Part shown: positions 39,807 to 48,965 of the stretch, one piece after another | Layout: the number at the start of each line of letters is the position of its first letter | Numbering within the stretch: position 1 is the first letter of the stretch | DNA from: Candidatus Marinacidobacterales bacterium | Lineage (GTDB): Bacteria; Acidobacteriota; Vicinamibacteria; Marinacidobacterales; DATDRI01 | Length of the DNA stretch: 64,000 bases | NCBI GenBank assembly: GCA_965226495.1 | Contig: OZ245365.1 | Location: 2,112,001-2,176,000, forward strand | Reading direction: 5' to 3' | Program-made: the position numbers and the translations under genes | Notes under the pieces: model-generated | What the model was told of the DNA's origin: nothing | The model's database searches: none | Seen by the model: the letters and a program-made list of their open reading frames with translations, nothing else

Positions 39807-40175
39807 ATGGAGAAAAGAAAAAGTGACCGCCTGCAGCCGCTGGTAATACGCACCATGTGGACGTACCAAGAGAATGAAAATTCAGGCTATCTTACGAACT
39901 TGAGCGAGAAAGGCACCTTCCTGGCCACCGACGACCCGATCCCGATTGGGGACACGGTTAACCTCGACATCACGCTCCCTTGGCAGATTGGCGAGATCAC
40001 GTTAGATAGCGTGGTCGAATGGACGAGCGTCGATTCCCCGCAGCGTACGGCAGACCATCCTCTAGGAGTGGGTCTTTCTTTCGGGGACCTGCCTGAGGAG
40101 GCGGGCGAAAAAATCGAAGCCTTCATTCACCGGTTCCACGAACTGGTCGCACAGCTCGAGGATATGCCCACCTAG
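39807..40175 (+). CDS. PilZ domain protein
   Basis: RKSDR, NLSEKG, GVGLSF. Confidence 0.85.
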   Translation: MEKRKSDRLQPLVIRTMWTYQENENSGYLTNLSEKGTFLATDDPIPIGDTVNLDITLPWQIGEITLDSVVEWTSVDSPQRTADHPLGVGLSFGDLPEEAGEKIEAFIHRFHELVAQLEDMPT

Positions 40176-41053
40176 AACGAACCCTCCAAGGTGAGCACGA
40201 GCGCGAATTTGACCACCGTATCCAGCTTCTTCCTGGGGACCACCGCCGTCCCGATACCGACGCCGCCTTGGCCTGGGTCGAGATTGAACAAGTCGATCGC
40301 TTCCAAAGTCGGAAAGTTCTGATACAGGAACTGAAGCGAAGTCATATTCGTGGTCACCGCGTTGATGGTGTTGAAGTGGTAGTCGTTGGCGTCGCTCACG
40401 TTGACGAAGAAGATGAAATTGCTGTCGAAGCGCGTCTCCTTCGCGAACTGGTGCATGTAGTCCCAGGAGAGGCGGACTTCGGAGAAGTTCTCGTCGCGCT
40501 CCGGGTTTACGATTTCGTCGATCTGCCGGGTGAAAGTGAGCGCATAGTCGGTCTTGAAACGGAGGTGATCATCGTTCCTCCAGGTGTTGCCGACACCGGC
40601 GAAAACGACGTTTCGGTTCTCGATGCCGGCGTCGGTGTCGCGGTCCCAGCCTGCGCCAACCACCCAAAAGAATCGCTCCGTGATGTCCCGATCGTAGCGT
40701 CCCTCCACGAAGTAGCGCTCGGTGTCGAGCTCCCGTGAATCATCCTCTATGATCCGAAAATCATCCGGTGTCCCCACAGCGAAAGAGTCGTCGACAGTGT
40801 TCGTTCGTAGCGCACCGCCGCGGAACGAAAGCTCCGCATTCTTCCAAGCGCGCGTCAGCTTGTCGTCGAACGTCAGAGTCGATGTCGAGGAGTTTCCCGA
40901 CGTGAGGACGAACCCGAAGTCCGCAACGTTGGACCAGCCTAGCTTTCTTTCCTCGTCGCGGTTGGGCTCGTCGGTCGAAACCTGGGCGCGGGCCTGGAGA
41001 GCCCAGGCCAAAGCGAATACCGTGAAGAGAACGCGTCGCATGAAGTTCCTCAT
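40172..41053 (-). CDS. DUF481-family outer membrane protein
   Basis: Signal peptide; TSGNSST, RDTDAGIENR, amphipathic strands. Confidence 0.75.
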   Translation of the reverse strand: MRNFMRRVLFTVFALAWALQARAQVSTDEPNRDEERKLGWSNVADFGFVLTSGNSSTSTLTFDDKLTRAWKNAELSFRGGALRTNTVDDSFAVGTPDDFRIIEDDSRELDTERYFVEGRYDRDITERFFWVVGAGWDRDTDAGIENRNVVFAGVGNTWRNDDHLRFKTDYALTFTRQIDEIVNPERDENFSEVRLSWDYMHQFAKETRFDSNFIFFVNVSDANDYHFNTINAVTTNMTSLQFLYQNFPTLEAIDLFNLDPGQGGVGIGTAVVPRKKLDTVVKFALVLTLEGSF

Positions 41054-41078
41054 TGGGTTTGACGTTGAAACCATCGGT

Positions 41079-41906
41079 TTAGGCTGGGCCGTCGTCGCCG
41101 GCCGGATACACGTGGATGTCCCGCTGGGGGAAGGGAATGCCGATGCCCGCCTCGTCCAGGGCAATCTTTACGGCGCGGATTGTAGCCTCCTTGACCGCCA
41201 GGAAGTCTGCTCTCGGCGACCAGACCCGCACTTGCCAGTCTACCGAGGAGGCTCCGAGCCCGGTCAAAACGACTTGTATGTCTTTCCCCGGCAGGCGGCC
41301 GGGGACGTTGGAGGCAGCCCCCTCCAACACCTCGCGCGTGCGGTCTATGCTCGCGGCGTAGTCGGCGCCCACGTCGACGTCAGCGCGTCGAACGTCATGG
41401 TACGAAATGTTCTCGATAGTGGTACCGAATACTGAGCTGTTGGGCAGAACGATACGCCGGTTGTCCGGCGTGTCGAGGGTAGTGGTGAACAGACCGATGG
41501 CGTCGACGGTACCCGTTTGTCCCGCCACGTTGACGAACTGTCCGATCTGGAAGGGCCGGAAGACCAGGAGCATGACGCCGGCTGCGAAGTTGGAAAGGGC
41601 GCCTTGAAACGCGAGGCCGATTGCGATGCCGCCCGCGCCGAGCACCGCCGCGAAGCTCGTCGTCTCGACCCCAAAGACGCCGAGGCAGGCGAGCCCGGCG
41701 AGCACCAGGACGGTCCAGCGGGCGGCGCTTCCGAAGAATTTGGTGAGCGTGGGATCGAAACGCGCCCGCTCGAGGCTTCGCACTACGCCGCGCCGTACCC
41801 AGGCCGAGGCCATCCAGGCGATGCCCAGGAGGACGAAGACACCAACGACGCGCACCGCGTAGGTCGTGATCAACGTCTGAAAACTGCTTAGGTCCAACTC
41901 ACCCAT
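41079..41906 (-). CDS. mscS: Small-conductance mechanosensitive channel
   Basis: AIGLAFQGALSNFAAG, RPFQIG, PNS, IPFPQRD. Confidence 0.93.
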   Translation of the reverse strand: MGELDLSSFQTLITTYAVRVVGVFVLLGIAWMASAWVRRGVVRSLERARFDPTLTKFFGSAARWTVLVLAGLACLGVFGVETTSFAAVLGAGGIAIGLAFQGALSNFAAGVMLLVFRPFQIGQFVNVAGQTGTVDAIGLFTTTLDTPDNRRIVLPNSSVFGTTIENISYHDVRRADVDVGADYAASIDRTREVLEGAASNVPGRLPGKDIQVVLTGLGASSVDWQVRVWSPRADFLAVKEATIRAVKIALDEAGIGIPFPQRDIHVYPAGDDGPA

Positions 41907-42185
41907 AAAAACACCTCTCCTGCCGCAAGCCGCTCCTTGTCGTTCAGAGCAGGTCCATATCGTTCGGCTACGGTCTCTGGTTCGCCATCGACCGCCAGTC
42001 GCTCGAACCGGCCGAGGAGAGACTACCACAATGAAACACGGCGAGAAGTAGTGGGGGAGTTTTATTCCGCCGCGGTTTCATTCGGACAGATCTACGGCGT
42101 CTAGGATGGAATCTAGCGATCGTGTTAGCATGAGGCGAATCGCCGTAATCGCCATAGTTGCCTGCCTTCGATTGGACGAAGTGCT

Positions 42186-43136
42186 ATGCGGATCATCGAA
42201 GAAGAGAAGCTGAGAGATTAGATCAAGGCACCCGAGGCATTGGAATCGGCGGAGCGAGCCTTTCGCGCGTTGGCCGAGGGACGCGTGGAGCAACCGCCTC
42301 CGATGGCGCTGGATGTAGCCCCGGTCCGGGGAGAAGTACATGTGAAGGGGGCCTACTTAACGGGATCGAAGTTCTTCGCCATCAAGGTCGCTTCTGGTTT
42401 TTATGGCAACACCGACAAGAATCTACCCACCGGGTCGGGCCTGGTGTTGGTCTTCGACGCGGAGACCGGGTTTCCGCTAGCGCTATTGCGGGACAACGCG
42501 TACCTGACCGATCTGCGAACCGCCGCGGCGGGGGCCCTGGCGGCTCGGCTTCTTGCCCCCACGTCGGTGGCGCGGGTCGCGATGTTGGGAAGCGGGGTTC
42601 AGGCTAGATACCAGCTTCGGGCCATCGCTCGAGTGTGTGAGTTCGAAGGTGTCGCCGTCTGGAGTCCCCATCGCGACCGCGTGGCGTCCTACTGCCAGGA
42701 GATGCGAGGTGTGAGCTCGGGAAAACAGTCGCGCCGGCCGACACTCCGGAGCAGGCCCTGCGGGGGGCGCAATTGGTCGTGACCTGCACCCCGTCCCGGG
42801 AGCCGCTGGTGCAAAGCGCATGGTTGGAGTCCGACGCGACGATCATTGCCGTGGGCTCCGACGGACCCGACAAGCAGGAGCTAACTGCCGAGGTGATTGC
42901 CGGGGCCGACAAGGTTGTTGCCGACCGGTTTTCGCAAATGCGTTCGCTTGGGAGAGATCCACCATGCGGTGGAGGCGGATCTTTTCAAAGAAGAGGACCT
43001 TCACGCCGAGCTCGGTGAGGTCCTGATCGGACGCCAGGCGGGCCGTGTGGGGAAAGAACTGATCGTCTGTGACCTGACCGGCGTAGGGGCGCAGGACGCC
43101 GCCATAGCGGAAGTCGCTTGGGAACGGTCAGGGTGA
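42186..43136 (+). pseudogene. Ornithine cyclodeaminase/mu-crystallin family gene, disrupted
   Basis: LTDLRTAA, GSGVQA, AVGSD, DLTGVGAQDAA; in-frame TAG at 42219-42221, extra GT near 42709-42712, extra A near 42936-42938. Confidence 0.85.
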
Positions 43137-44522
43137 AGCCAGCCCCGCGGCCACTGTGCGCTGCGAGTATCCGTTCTTCTTCGCCTCTTCGAGCGTGTCT
43201 TGGTAGCTGCGATAGATTCGCCGGAGCTCCAATCTGAGCAAGGGCGACGAAACGCCTTTGTCGCGCGCCCGTACCCGTAGCTCACGCTCAGCATGTTCGA
43301 CTCCCGGCCACAATTGGCCCTTCATAGATTCGACCATGTGTTCGTCGTATCCGAAGCCGAATCCCACGATGCTAGGCAACGGTACCTCGTACTTGTCGCT
43401 GAGGCCGAGCGCAGCGAACGGGAAACCATGGGCCCAATCGAGATGGTGTCCAATGAGCATCTTCTTCGGATTCACCGAAATGAGCCCGTGCGGTACGGAG
43501 TTGGCGTCAGGGATATCATAGTGGGCCCGCAACATATCGGTGAGATTCATGGCGGCCTGAATCTGGGCCGGCGTCAGTAGCTCCGCTTCGTTCGCCCCTG
43601 CCTTCCACGCACTTTCGAAACATACGCCTAAGAAGCTGTCGTTCAGATCGAGATAGTAGTTATCGTCGTCGGCCCAGATGGATCGGCCGGCGTGGTACGC
43701 CACGTCGGACTCCTCGACGAGCCGGTAGATGCGACCGAACCGATCGATCAGGTAGTGATAGTTGCCGTGCTTACGTAGCCAGCGAAGGAGGCCGCGGGTG
43801 TTCCGAAGAATGGAGCTGGTCTGCCCAGGCTCGAAGGGAGCGATGTCGCTCTCGCTGGTGTGGTAGACGATGCCGGCTGGCTTGTCCTCGACGAAAGCCG
43901 GGTCGCCGCCGTCGCGGGGGAAGACGAGGTAGCGGCGCTTCTCGGTGCTCACCTTATAGGAGGTGAGTATTCTCAGCCCGTTGCTCCATAGTTCACCTTG
44001 CGGTGCCGCTTCCACCTGCCAAACCTTCTCGGGGGCCATACCCACCCGTGACGTCGGATAGCCGGCCGCAGGCGCGTCGCGGCGCCGTCCGCGTCCGCGG
44101 GGCGAGGGCTGGGTGGAGGTGAAGGGCGGCCACATCTGCGCGACGAGACTTACGCCTTTGCGCGCCGCCCGGTAGCCGCGGGGGCCGAGCGAGTATCCAA
44201 GAGAGGCCACTCCCGCAAGGAGAAGGACCAGGACGACCTTGCGAGCACGGTAGAGGGCCCAACTCGGCTGCGGTAGCGCAGGCACCGGGCCCAGTCGTCG
44301 TTCGTTGCTCAGTTCTTCCAAGGCTTCGAAACAGGCGAGGCGTACCGCGACCGGCTTCAGCAAGCTCGATCTACGGAGAAGCCCAGGCTGCTTTTCGTAC
44401 ACTTCCAGCGTTCGCTGGATGAAGCGGAGCTTGCTTCCCGGGTCCTGGATCGAGGGTGCGACGCTTTCGATGGCCCTTTGGAGCTGTCGTTCCGGGAGAG
44501 GGACCGGCTTGGGTTTTTTCAT
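43128..44522 (-). CDS. Membrane-anchored N-acetylmuramoyl-L-alanine amidase (Amidase_2/PGRP family)
   Basis: Basic N-terminus, TM helix, IVYHTS, HYLIDRFGRIYRLV, AYHAGRSIW, LNDSFLGVCFE, VPHG. Confidence 0.85.
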   Translation of the reverse strand: MKKPKPVPLPERQLQRAIESVAPSIQDPGSKLRFIQRTLEVYEKQPGLLRRSSLLKPVAVRLACFEALEELSNERRLGPVPALPQPSWALYRARKVVLVLLLAGVASLGYSLGPRGYRAARKGVSLVAQMWPPFTSTQPSPRGRGRRRDAPAAGYPTSRVGMAPEKVWQVEAAPQGELWSNGLRILTSYKVSTEKRRYLVFPRDGGDPAFVEDKPAGIVYHTSESDIAPFEPGQTSSILRNTRGLLRWLRKHGNYHYLIDRFGRIYRLVEESDVAYHAGRSIWADDDNYYLDLNDSFLGVCFESAWKAGANEAELLTPAQIQAAMNLTDMLRAHYDIPDANSVPHGLISVNPKKMLIGHHLDWAHGFPFAALGLSDKYEVPLPSIVGFGFGYDEHMVESMKGQLWPGVEHAERELRVRARDKGVSSPLLRLELRRIYRSYQDTLEEAKKNGYSQRTVAAGLASP

Positions 44523-44597
44523 CGCACCCACCCCGCGGCCCCGCCCGGTGTGCGCGACGGGAAGGTGCTCGGTTTCACGAATTACGGATACAGGGCA

Positions 44598-45620
44598 CTA
44601 TGAGTCGTTGACGGCGGCGACGAGGGCTCCAGCGGCGGTAGCCTGCATGGGTCGTGGCGACAATCTCACCTCAGAAACCTCGATCGGACACTTCGATTCT
44701 TTCAGGACGGTCTCGAACTTCTCCCGGAAACCCTTGGGCCGAGCCGTTCCGCCGGCGAGCACAACGGGGACCGCTCGATCCAGCTTGGGAACGTTGGACG
44801 CCTTTCCGAAGGCCTCATTCAAGTTCGTAACCAGGGTTTGAATGACGTCGTCATAGTAGATGTGCAAGGCCTCTTCCACCTTGTCGCTCGGTTTACGGGA
44901 GAGATCGAGGGAAGCCTCCTTGATCATTTTTACCCTGGTAGCGGATTCACCGGTCACTGAGCCCACGCTACGATCGATATAATCGCCCGCCTTGGTTGTG
45001 CTAAAGGAAAGGACGGGAACCGACAAGAACGCCAGGCACACGTTGCACATGCCTCCCCCCGCGGAGACTCCGATTCCGGTGAAGCTCTCCTTTTCGAGCT
45101 CAGAATACACAATGGCTTGCCCTTCGTTGATGCTCTTGACTCGATAGCCCAGCTCTGTGAGAAACTTCTTCAGGAACTCCTCGTGGTAGATCAAGTCGCT
45201 CGGTGCTTCGACCGGTGCGCTGGGCACCGAGAAGCAGATGAGCTCTTCTCTGCTTTTCGGTTTTTTCACTAGCCCCTTGATGATGACCTTGATGAGGGTG
45301 AGCGCCGAAGGCTCGTTCGGGTTGATGAGCCCACGACTCATCGGCCGACGTGTCTCCGCGTTGAAGAGGCTCGCGAATTTTTCCGCGCTATTCCCGTAGA
45401 CGAAGAAGTGGCCGTTCTCCTGGTAGTAGTGCACCTTGTTCTGCAGGAGGATGTTCTCGGTAATACGGGAATAGGGAAGGGGAATGAAAGCGTTGACTTC
45501 GACGGATGCCTGGAGCTCACGTCCGGTGCGGCGGGCGACCAAGATCTTGCTGGTCCCGACATCCAGCCCGATTCGGCCTTCCGCGCTCGGAACGACGCTC
45601 TGGGTTTTTGGGTTCTCCAT
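44598..45620 (-). CDS. Actin-like ATPase, volactin-like (paralog 2)
   Basis: GLDVGTS, ETRRPMSRG, INEG, GVSAGGGMCN, AGDYID, VVLAGGTA, TAAGAL; GAGGA RBS. Confidence 0.85.
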   Translation of the reverse strand: MENPKTQSVVPSAEGRIGLDVGTSKILVARRTGRELQASVEVNAFIPLPYSRITENILLQNKVHYYQENGHFFVYGNSAEKFASLFNAETRRPMSRGLINPNEPSALTLIKVIIKGLVKKPKSREELICFSVPSAPVEAPSDLIYHEEFLKKFLTELGYRVKSINEGQAIVYSELEKESFTGIGVSAGGGMCNVCLAFLSVPVLSFSTTKAGDYIDRSVGSVTGESATRVKMIKEASLDLSRKPSDKVEEALHIYYDDVIQTLVTNLNEAFGKASNVPKLDRAVPVVLAGGTARPKGFREKFETVLKESKCPIEVSEVRLSPRPMQATAAGALVAAVNDS

Positions 45621-45640
45621 GGCTTTGTCCTCTAATTAAT

Positions 45641-46118
45641 GCGAGTGGGCTCCTCGCCCACTCGCTGGCCCTCGCTCTTCGCTCGGGCCTAAAACCACGG
45701 CCGCATTCCCTTGCGCGCCGTATGTTGCCATCGCAATTCCTCGCGGCCGACGGGCCCGTTGCTGCTCGCGGGGCTATCGCCCACGCATTTCCCTCGGGCT
45801 TCCGCAACGGCGTTGGGGCCCCACCCCCAACGCTTGATGCTCCGTCGCCTTCGCGACTGCGCATGGGCTCAAGGCTGCGCTCGGCCTTCCTTCGGCGGGC
45901 GGGTTCCCTTGAGCACTTCTATTCATTGACTCAATTCCTCCTGGCCGATGGCCCTGACGGGCCCGTTCGTGCGCGCGGGCTCCTCATCCACGCGTTTACC
46001 TAATTTGCTCATCATTCATCAATTGCCTGGGGCCCCACCCCCAGGCTTGTCGCTTCGGCGGCTGCGCGCCTGCGCGACGGCTGAAGGCTCCCCGGCCGAT
46101 GGCCCTGACGGGCCCGTT
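45641..46118. repeat. Mosaic of REP-like hairpins (BIME-like) between the actin paralogs
   Basis: Perfect hairpin gcgagtgggc/gcccactcgc; ggccgatggccctgacgggcccgtt twice plus a shorter variant; gggccccacccccaN hairpin unit twice. Confidence 0.8.
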
Positions 46119-47187
46119 AGTTGTCATACATGGCTGCGAGCAGGGCACCCCGAGCCGTGGCTGTCAAGGGATCCTTACCCAAGCGTACACCGGCCAACTG
46201 AATCGGAAGCTTCTGCGCCGTTAGGGCCCGGTCGAAGTTCAGCTTGAACCCTTTCGGGAGGGCGCTGCCTCCCGCCAGTACCACCGGCAGAGGATGGTCC
46301 AGTTTCGGCATGTTCTGGGTTCGGGCAAGCGCCTCCTCGATACCCTCGACCACGGTTGTAATCAAATCCTCGTAATAGATGTGGAGGGCGCCCTCGATCT
46401 TGGTCTTGGGCTTGCGATTGAGATCGAGCCCCTCTTCCTTGATGGCCCGAACCCTCGTCGCGGTCTCGCCACTCACTTTGCCGACCGCCTCGTCGATATC
46501 GTCTCCGCCTTTTCCGATCGCGAAAGAAAACACCGGCACGGAGAGATAGGCGAGCGAGACGTTGGTCAAGCCGCCGCCAAAGCTGATGCCGATGCCGGAG
46601 AAGTTCTCCTTCTCCAGTTCGGAGAAGACCACTGCCAACCCTTCGTTGATGCTCTTGGCCTCGTAGCCCATGCTTTCCAACATTTGTTTTATCAAGGCTT
46701 CATGGTAAACGAGACTCGTACGCCCCTTGAGCGGCTTGCCGGGAACGCTGTAGCAAATCACGCTCCCTTTCGGTTTCTTGGGGCCGAGCAATTTCTTGAC
46801 GATGACCTGAAGAAGTTTTTGGGCGTACGGCTCTGTCGCGTTGACCAGACCGTGGCGCATCGGCCGTCTGGTCTCGGCGTTGAACATGTTTGCGAATTTC
46901 GCTGCGCCGTTGCCGTAAACGACGATCCGACGGCCCGCACGGACGAAATCGATATCGTTCTGGTCCAGAATCTGTTCGGTAAATTTCGAAGGGGGGAGAT
47001 CGATGAACGCGTTCAACTCGCGCGCGGAACGGAATCCCTTTCCGTTCTTGCGTGCGGTCACCACGGTGCTGGTGCCGAGGTCGAGCCCCGCAGCATGGCC
47101 GTTCGAAACTCTGCCATTCGAACTCGAACGGGTCGGAGTTTTTCGACCCTTGGAGGCACTCTTCCTAATGGTTTTTCTCGAAACCAT
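46117..47187 (-). CDS. Actin-like ATPase, volactin-like (paralog 1) with basic N-terminal tail
   Basis: GLDLGTS, FANMFNAETRRPMRHG, INEG, GISFGGGLTN, GGDDID, VVLAGGSA, TARGAL. Confidence 0.85.
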   Translation of the reverse strand: MVSRKTIRKSASKGRKTPTRSSSNGRVSNGHAAGLDLGTSTVVTARKNGKGFRSARELNAFIDLPPSKFTEQILDQNDIDFVRAGRRIVVYGNGAAKFANMFNAETRRPMRHGLVNATEPYAQKLLQVIVKKLLGPKKPKGSVICYSVPGKPLKGRTSLVYHEALIKQMLESMGYEAKSINEGLAVVFSELEKENFSGIGISFGGGLTNVSLAYLSVPVFSFAIGKGGDDIDEAVGKVSGETATRVRAIKEEGLDLNRKPKTKIEGALHIYYEDLITTVVEGIEEALARTQNMPKLDHPLPVVLAGGSALPKGFKLNFDRALTAQKLPIQLAGVRLGKDPLTATARGALLAAMYDN

Positions 47188-47306
47188 GGTCCACCTTCTT
47201 TTCGTGAGCTCCGCAGAGGTCGTTTTAGAGGAACTTCGCCGCCTTGGGCAGTACCCGCCCAGGAATCAGTATGTATAGAAGGTACTATCGGATCAGAAGC
47301 TAGAAA

Positions 47307-47335
47307 ATCGTAGCATCATGCCAACTTCCTGTCAA
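47307..47335 (-). promoter_or_regulatory. Near-consensus sigma70 promoter of the actin-amidase cluster
   Basis: TTGACA-N17-TACGAT with extended TG on the minus strand, about 120 bp upstream of ATG 47187. Confidence 0.6.
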
Positions 47336-47451
47336 CCGGCTCAGAAACTACTTTATTTGTTGGAGTTACAGGCCGATTGCCGTCCTTGTCGCCGGGGTGG
47401 GAAAAAAACTACACGTCAATAAAATGGCTTCGTTTCTATAAGCCTCGCCCT

Positions 47452-47526
47452 TCCGCCTACGCTAAAGCTACGGCGAGACCACGCCTTCGCCGTTGTCGCA
47501 CCGAGCACGTTCCAACGGCGAAGGCG
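47452..47526. repeat. REP-like palindrome plus hairpin
   Basis: tccgcctacgctaaagctacggcg followed by the stem cgccttcgccgttg...caacggcgaaggcg. Confidence 0.6.
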
Positions 47527-47581
47527 GGCACTCCTCATGCTATACTGCCGCGGTTTTTCTAGTTCACGTCGCGCAACTCAG

Positions 47582-48880
47582 ATGGCACCAGAAGCAAAAG
47601 GAACCCCTCTCCACACGAAGATCCTGATCGGCTTCGTGGTCGGCGGTGCGGCGGGCGTGACGGTGAACCAGCTCACCGCGACCGGGACCATTCGCTACTC
47701 GACCCTGGAATGGTTCGTGGCAAACGTGACCGCCCCGATCGGTCAGATCTTTCTGAATCTACTCTTCATGGTCGTCATTCCGATCGTGTTCTGTTCTTTG
47801 TCGCTGGGCGTTGCACGGTTGGGCAATGTGGGGAAGCTCGGCCGCCTTGGCGCGAAGACCTTCGGCTATTTTCTAGTGACCAGCACGATCTCGGTAGCCA
47901 TCGGGGTGACAATGGTGAATATGTTGCGGCCGGGTGAGGGCTTCGACCCGGAGACGCAACGAGCGCTCATGGAAAAATTCGGAGGACAAGCCGAGCAACG
48001 AGCAACCATTGCCGGAGACGGCAAGTTTTGGCCCGACATGTTAGTGGGCATGGTGAGTCGCAACCCGATACGTGACGCCGCCGAGACCCAAATGCTACCG
48101 ATCATTGTTTTCGCAATCCTCTTCGGCTTGGCACTCACGATGATTCCTCGCGAGCGCGCCGAGCCAACGATCAAAGTGCTCGATGGGATCGGAGATGCGA
48201 TGGTTGTCATCGTCGGGTTCGCCATGCGGATCGCCCCTTTTGCCGTGCCGGCGCTAATCTTCGATGTTACGGCCCTTTTCGGCTGGGAGATTCTCAGGCA
48301 ACTCTCTTTTTACGTCATCATTGTTTTGGTTGGCTATCTCCTGCATCTATTCGGCACGTTCTCGGTGCTGCTGCGAGTCTTCGCCCGTTATTCGCCCGGG
48401 CGGTTTTTCAAGAAGATGATTCCGGTCATGGTTACTGCGTTTTCCACGAGTTCCTCGAACGCCACGCTGCCGACGACGATCAAGACCAGCGAGGAAGAGT
48501 TAGGTGTGCCTTCGGAGATCGCAGGCTTTGTTCTCCCTCTCGGTGCAACGATCAACATGAATGGGAGCTCCTTGTTCGCGAGCGTGGTCGTACTCTTTGT
48601 CGCTCAGGTGTTCGGGGTCGAGTTGTCTCTGGGGACGCAGTTCTTGGTGGTCTTGCTCTCCGTGTTCACGGCGGTGGGGGCGGCGGGGGTGCCCGGTGGA
48701 GCGATTCCCTTGTTGGTCGTGGTCTTGGAAATGGTTGGCGTTCCGGGCGAGGGCATAGCCATCATCATCGGGGTGGATCGTATTCTAGACATGGGGCGCA
48801 CGGTGGTGAACGTTACGGGTGACGCCGCCGCGGCGTGCTTCATTGCGAGCAGCGAAGGTTATCCCTTGAAGATCGGCTAG
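47582..48880 (+). CDS. Dicarboxylate/amino acid:cation symporter (DAACS, GltP-like)
   Basis: AFSTSSSNATLP, PLGATINMNG, GVDRILDMGRTVVNVTGD. Confidence 0.95.
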   Translation: MAPEAKGTPLHTKILIGFVVGGAAGVTVNQLTATGTIRYSTLEWFVANVTAPIGQIFLNLLFMVVIPIVFCSLSLGVARLGNVGKLGRLGAKTFGYFLVTSTISVAIGVTMVNMLRPGEGFDPETQRALMEKFGGQAEQRATIAGDGKFWPDMLVGMVSRNPIRDAAETQMLPIIVFAILFGLALTMIPRERAEPTIKVLDGIGDAMVVIVGFAMRIAPFAVPALIFDVTALFGWEILRQLSFYVIIVLVGYLLHLFGTFSVLLRVFARYSPGRFFKKMIPVMVTAFSTSSSNATLPTTIKTSEEELGVPSEIAGFVLPLGATINMNGSSLFASVVVLFVAQVFGVELSLGTQFLVVLLSVFTAVGAAGVPGGAIPLLVVVLEMVGVPGEGIAIIIGVDRILDMGRTVVNVTGDAAAACFIASSEGYPLKIG

Positions 48881-48965
48881 TCCTGTTCCAACTTGATTCG
48901 CCCAGAACGTGATTAGGCAAGATCACTCTTGGTGTCCTTGGCGAGACTAGTTGGAACGGAACTAG
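48877..48965. mobile_element. 89-bp CTAG-flanked MITE-like element
   Basis: ctagtcctgttccaact / agttggaacggaactag (15/17), with imperfect pairing to about 30 bp; each CTAG holds the stop codon of a flanking gene. Confidence 0.65.

Noticed and set aside
40325-40365. Possible short in-frame deletion in the DUF481 barrel (TNMTSLQFLY looks a few residues short)
   Set aside because: Cannot be supported without an alignment to homologs
42219-42221. In-frame TAG as pyrrolysine or readthrough
   Set aside because: The gene also has two frameshifts, no pyl genes are visible, and TAG is a common true stop in this window
45641-46118. Possible CRISPR array
   Set aside because: Repeats are heterogeneous and irregularly spaced, there are no unique equal-length spacers, and no cas genes are present
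44598-47187. Calling the actins mreB, ftsA, mamK or parM
   Set aside because: They lack the family-specific motifs and the expected neighbours (mreCD, ftsZ, mam genes, parR)
46294-47313. 339-aa plus-strand ORF
   Set aside because: Antisense shadow of actin paralog 1 with no recognisable motifs
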